DNA from: Chiloscyllium plagiosum
Taxonomy: Eukaryota
Reading direction: 5' to 3'
Length of the DNA stretch: 36,850 nucleotides
Assembly: GCF_004010195.1 (NCBI RefSeq)
Contig: NC_057751.1
Span: 16,289,024 to 16,325,873, forward strand
A program made the position numbers and the translations under genes. This document shows positions 32,983-36,850 of this stretch, piece by piece. The first letter of the stretch is position 1. Every line of letters starts with the position of its first letter. Under the pieces are notes generated by a model. It was not told the origin of the DNA, searched no databases, and saw only the letters and a list, made by a program, of their open reading frames with translations.

Positions 32983-34702
32983 CACGTCGCTCAACAACAC
33001 GTAATGGGTCAAACAACGAGAACCCACTGTTTTCGTCTGTCGTGAACTGGTACAAAAGGATGCAATGGAGTTTATCTGTAAAAGTAAAAACGCACAGGTT
33101 CCGCCAAGTCCTCCTGCCACTTTACGGGAGCGCTTCCAGGTCAAGGGTCGCCCAGGAGTTCACAGCCTTGCACAATAAGACGCACACATCGGAAGAGATC
33201 AAATTGAAAACAAATTCACGTGCAAGAGAAAGGGGGAGGGGGGTGAGGGAGAGTCAGCTTGAAGTGAGGGGTGCGCCTGGAAGCCTGATTTCATTTCCGT
33301 GGTATCCGTTTTGATTCCTTTCACCGGCTGCCTACCAAGACGCTCCATCGACGTTGTGGGTGGTCTGGAGAACTGCGCTCACCCGCCTCTTCGGAGTACG
33401 TGGTCCCGTAGCTACTGGACAGAGACCCGCCTCGACACACGTGTGTGTGTGTGTGTGTGTGTACACACTCGCATACTTTCACCCCCTCCCCCGTCTCTCT
33501 CGCTTTCCAGGAGCGGTGTTGCGAGGACGCTTTTCCACAAATGTTTGATGCGTTGCTTTTCTGGCGCCTCCCGTCACGGCCGGCGTGACGGCGAACGGGG
33601 AGATCCGGCCACTCCGAGCCAGCCACGGTACAGCCCTCCCCAGGAGCGAGGTGCACCATCTCAGCCTTGCGTGTTGCCGGGCACGGTGGGGTGGGGGGGG
33701 GGGGGTGCTGGGACAGACAGCCGCTGTGTGCTATCGCAGTGATTTTTGCCTAAGCCCGAACGATTCACAATACATATTAATTATTACGTTCAGGGAATTA
33801 AATGCAATATATTCGAGTCTGCTCACTGCACTATTTTCTGAAGTAGTGTGAATGGTAAAGTGCATTTAAGACTTCCTAGGAAATTGAGACAAGTAGGAGG
33901 AATGGGCAAGTACGTGGCAGATAAATAGCAATACTGATCGATGTGATGTTTTGTACTTTGATTGGAAATTAGAATGTCATTTTACGATTTGAAAAGAGAT
34001 TGCTTGAAAAATGTTGATCCCTGTTGCCTTTTATTTATTTATTTCTTTGCTGACCACTGAAGTTCATGCACTGCAATAAGAGAAATCAAAACTGGGAATG
34101 GCATGAACAACGCCGATTCGTGCGCATGCACGCACCAAATGATTAGCTCTAGCATTGAGAAAGATCTCGATCTCATTGTACACTAGTTCTCGAAAGCAAC
34201 ATTGCAGGAGCAAAAAGCAGTTTGGAAAATATGTAGTATGTTCACCTTCATTACAAGGGAATTACTTACAAGAGTACGATTGCTTACTACAGTTCTACAG
34301 GAATTTTGCGGGATATCATCTCGAAAACTGGGCAGCAATGGGTGACGTTTGCTCTCTTTACCCAATGAGGGGTAACCCTGACATTGAGGAAGTGCGCAAA
34401 GGTTGACCAGATTTTTTTCTGGAATGACAGGTTTGCGAGTGAGCAGATTTTGGTTCGACTTGGTCTGCATCCCAGGAGATTGAGAGACAGAGAGAGAGAC
34501 AGAGAGAGAGACAGAGAGAGAGACAGACAGAGAGTAAACAGTTCTGATGCCACAGAAACTGTACTAACTCAAGGTCAACACTGTGGGTGTAATCCAATTC
34601 ATCACCAGCTCCCCATTTAGTGTCTCTCACACTGACGGACACAGACACACACACGGGCACGGACACAGACACAGACACAGACACAGACGGACACACACAC
34701 GG

Positions 34703-34898
34703 GGAGAAAGTGCGGACTGCAGATGCTGGAGATCAGAGTTGAGAGTGTGGTGCTGGAAACGCCCAGCAGGTCAGGCAGCATCTGAGGAGCAGGAGTATCC
34801 CAGTTGAGCAGAAGCTCTTCTTCAGGAATGCCATACATGATGAAGGGCTTATGCTAGAAACATCGATTCTCCTGATCCTCAGATGGTGCCTGACCCGA
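34703..34898. mobile_element. Penelope-type repeat as an inverted pair with two decayed hammerhead cores
   Basis: ctcctgctcctcagatgctgcctgacc occurs on both strands around about 34830. Cores: (a)TGATGA-agggcttatgcta-GAAA-ca-TC on + and CTGAAGA-agagcttctgctc on - (GAAA lost). Confidence 0.6.
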
Positions 34899-34997
34899 CA
34901 TACACACATGCATGCTGACACACACTCAGTCACACACACACTCAGTCACACACACACTCAGTCACACACACACTCAGTCACACACACACACCCCTAA

Positions 34998-35470
34998 AAT
35001 GTGTTTAATTCTGGTCGCCTCATTACAGGGAGAATGTGGAAGCTTTCGAGAGAGTGCGGGGGAGAGTTACCAGGAAGCTGCCTGGACTGGAGAGCAGGTC
35101 TTATGAAGAAAGGTTGAGAGTGCTAGGGCTTTTTTCCATTGGAGTGAAGAGGAATGAGAGGCGGACAGGATGACGAGAGGCCTAGATAGAGTGGAGAGCC
35201 AGAGACTTTTCTCATGATGGAAAGGGCTATCACGAGTGGGGCACAGTTTGAAGGTGATTGGAGGAAGGTTTCGGGGGAGATGTCAGAGGTCGGTTCTTTA
35301 CACAGAGAGTGATGGGAATGCACTGCCAGTGGGGGGGGGAGTAGAGTCAGAGACAACAGGGGCATTAAAGCGACTCTTGGATGACAGCGAAATGAAGGCT
35401 ATGCAGGGGAGTCTGACTTAGAGCAGGATAAAAGGCCAGCACAACGTCGAGGGCCTGTACTGGTGTATGT
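34998..35470 (+). mobile_element. Decayed CR1-like 3' fragment
   Basis: ttctggtcgcctcattacaggga...GHSLKVIGGRFRG. Confidence 0.7.
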
Positions 35471-35859
35471 TCACATGCACACACACGCTCATGCTGACAT
35501 ACATACACACTCACCCACGGTCCCACGCATATTCCTATTCCCTCTCTCAGACACACACACACACACTCACATTGATTTTCTCATACGTACACACACACAC
35601 CCCGCACAGTCTCTCAAGATACATAGACATGCTCTTGCATATATATATCTTAAAAGGTAAAGTTCACCCACATCTTCATAACACTGTTGACTGACTTTTA
35701 ATATAAAGGATCAGTATTAAGTTATCACCAGAGAACTGTATTTGATCAGCAAAACTATGCTAATGCTGCATTTTTGAACAAAGTGTGTGTGTCTTTGTTT
35801 TTAGGCAATTTCTGGGTGTATAGATTGCTAAAGAGGTAGAAGTGACTTTCGATAGGTTG

Positions 35860-36450
35860 ATGTGCTCTAACTGTCAACTGTGGAAGATTGGGAGAACTTA
35901 AACGCTCCTGGAGACTATGTCTGCGGGAAGTGTGGTTGGTTGCGAAGTCTATCAGACTGCATGGATCAGTCGGAGTAGCCGTTACAGGCATTGATGAGTT
36001 TACAAGAGCAAGGGGCTATGATATGGCAGTTTCAGCAAGGGAGAAAACCACAGATGGTTGGCTGCTAGGAATGGTAGGACAGGTAGCCAGCTACGGCAGG
36101 GCTCTCCTCTGGCTATCCCCATCTCAAACAGGTATGCCATTTGGATACTGTAGGGATGGCCTTGCAGGGTCGTGTAGCACTGACAGGTATGGGGAAACGT
36201 AGGTATGGGGGACAAGTTAAATAGTCAAGGCAAAAATAGCGCCTGGCAGAGAATGAGGTAGGACTGACAAATTAAACTGCATTTACCTCAATGCAAGAGG
36301 CCTGATTAGTAAGGCAGGTTATCTTAAGGCACAGTTGGGAACATGGGATTGGGATATCACAGCTATTATTGAAACATGGCTCAGGGATTGACAGGACTGG
36401 CACTTTAATGTTCCAGGATATATATGCTGCAGGAAGGACAGAAAGGGAGG
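35860..36450 (+). mobile_element. CR1-like LINE 5' remnant (ORF1 zinc-finger region and start of ORF2 endonuclease)
   Basis: DYVCGKC motif, IPISNRYAI, then LNCIYLNARGLISKAGYLKAQLGTWDWDITAIIETWL (APE domain N-terminus). Confidence 0.75.
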
Positions 36451-36656
36451 CGAACACACACACACACATTCAAAAAGTTGGGGACAGCTCTGTGAAGAAG
36501 AGGATAAAAATAACTCAAGAGGGATTGACAGGACTGGCAGTTTAATGTTCCAGGATATATATGCTGCAGGAAGGACAGAAAGGGAGGCGAACACACACAC
36601 ACACATTCAAAAAGTTGGGGACAGCTCTGTGAAGAAGAGGATAAAAATAACTCAAG
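36383..36656. repeat. 137-bp tandem duplication
   Basis: 36383-36519 and 36520-36656 differ at one visible base. Confidence 0.92.
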
Positions 36657-36850
36657 AGCATGGAGGGCTCTGACTGATAGAGTGGGATCCTCCCCCCCCC
36701 CCCCCCCCCCCCCCCACACACCCATCTCGGACAGGCAACAGACATCTCTCAGGCTCCCTCGTGCTGTCCTGGGTCACGAAGCACATCAAGTGGGGGAGAC
36801 GGGGGAAGAGAGGGGGAGAGGGAGAGAGGGAGAGAGGGAGAGAGGGAGAG

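Overview
Vertebrate genomic DNA, very likely cartilaginous fish (shark-type HE1-like SINEs and CR1/HER1-like LINE tails; taxon inferred from repeat recognition), from a draft assembly with seven N-gaps. The minus strand carries seven consecutive coding exons of NPC1L1 (equivalent to human exons 2-8, 10741 down to 634), with canonical AG/GT borders and consistent reading phases; the gene continues beyond the left edge. I could not find its signal-peptide exon 1. About 6.7 kb upstream on the same strand is the first coding exon of a prominin-family gene (17471-17720), with a likely 5' UTR exon and promoter near 19.5-19.7 kb but no further recognisable prominin exons. The rest is mostly repeats: CR1, L2-like, Rex/Babar-like and Tx1-like LINE fragments, tRNA-derived SINEs with 52-bp internal arrays, LTR-like remnants, 70-bp and 93-bp minisatellites, and Penelope-type fragments carrying minimal hammerhead ribozyme cores. 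The best leads are the prominin-exon/headless-NPC1L1 juxtaposition (misassembly is the simplest explanation), the hammerhead motifs, a recent 350-bp inverted duplication 21 kb apart, and one LINE segment expanded into tandem arrays at three places. No clearly novel biological system is established by the sequence alone. Comparisons with human proteins and repeat family names are from memory, not database searches; repeat boundaries are approximate.
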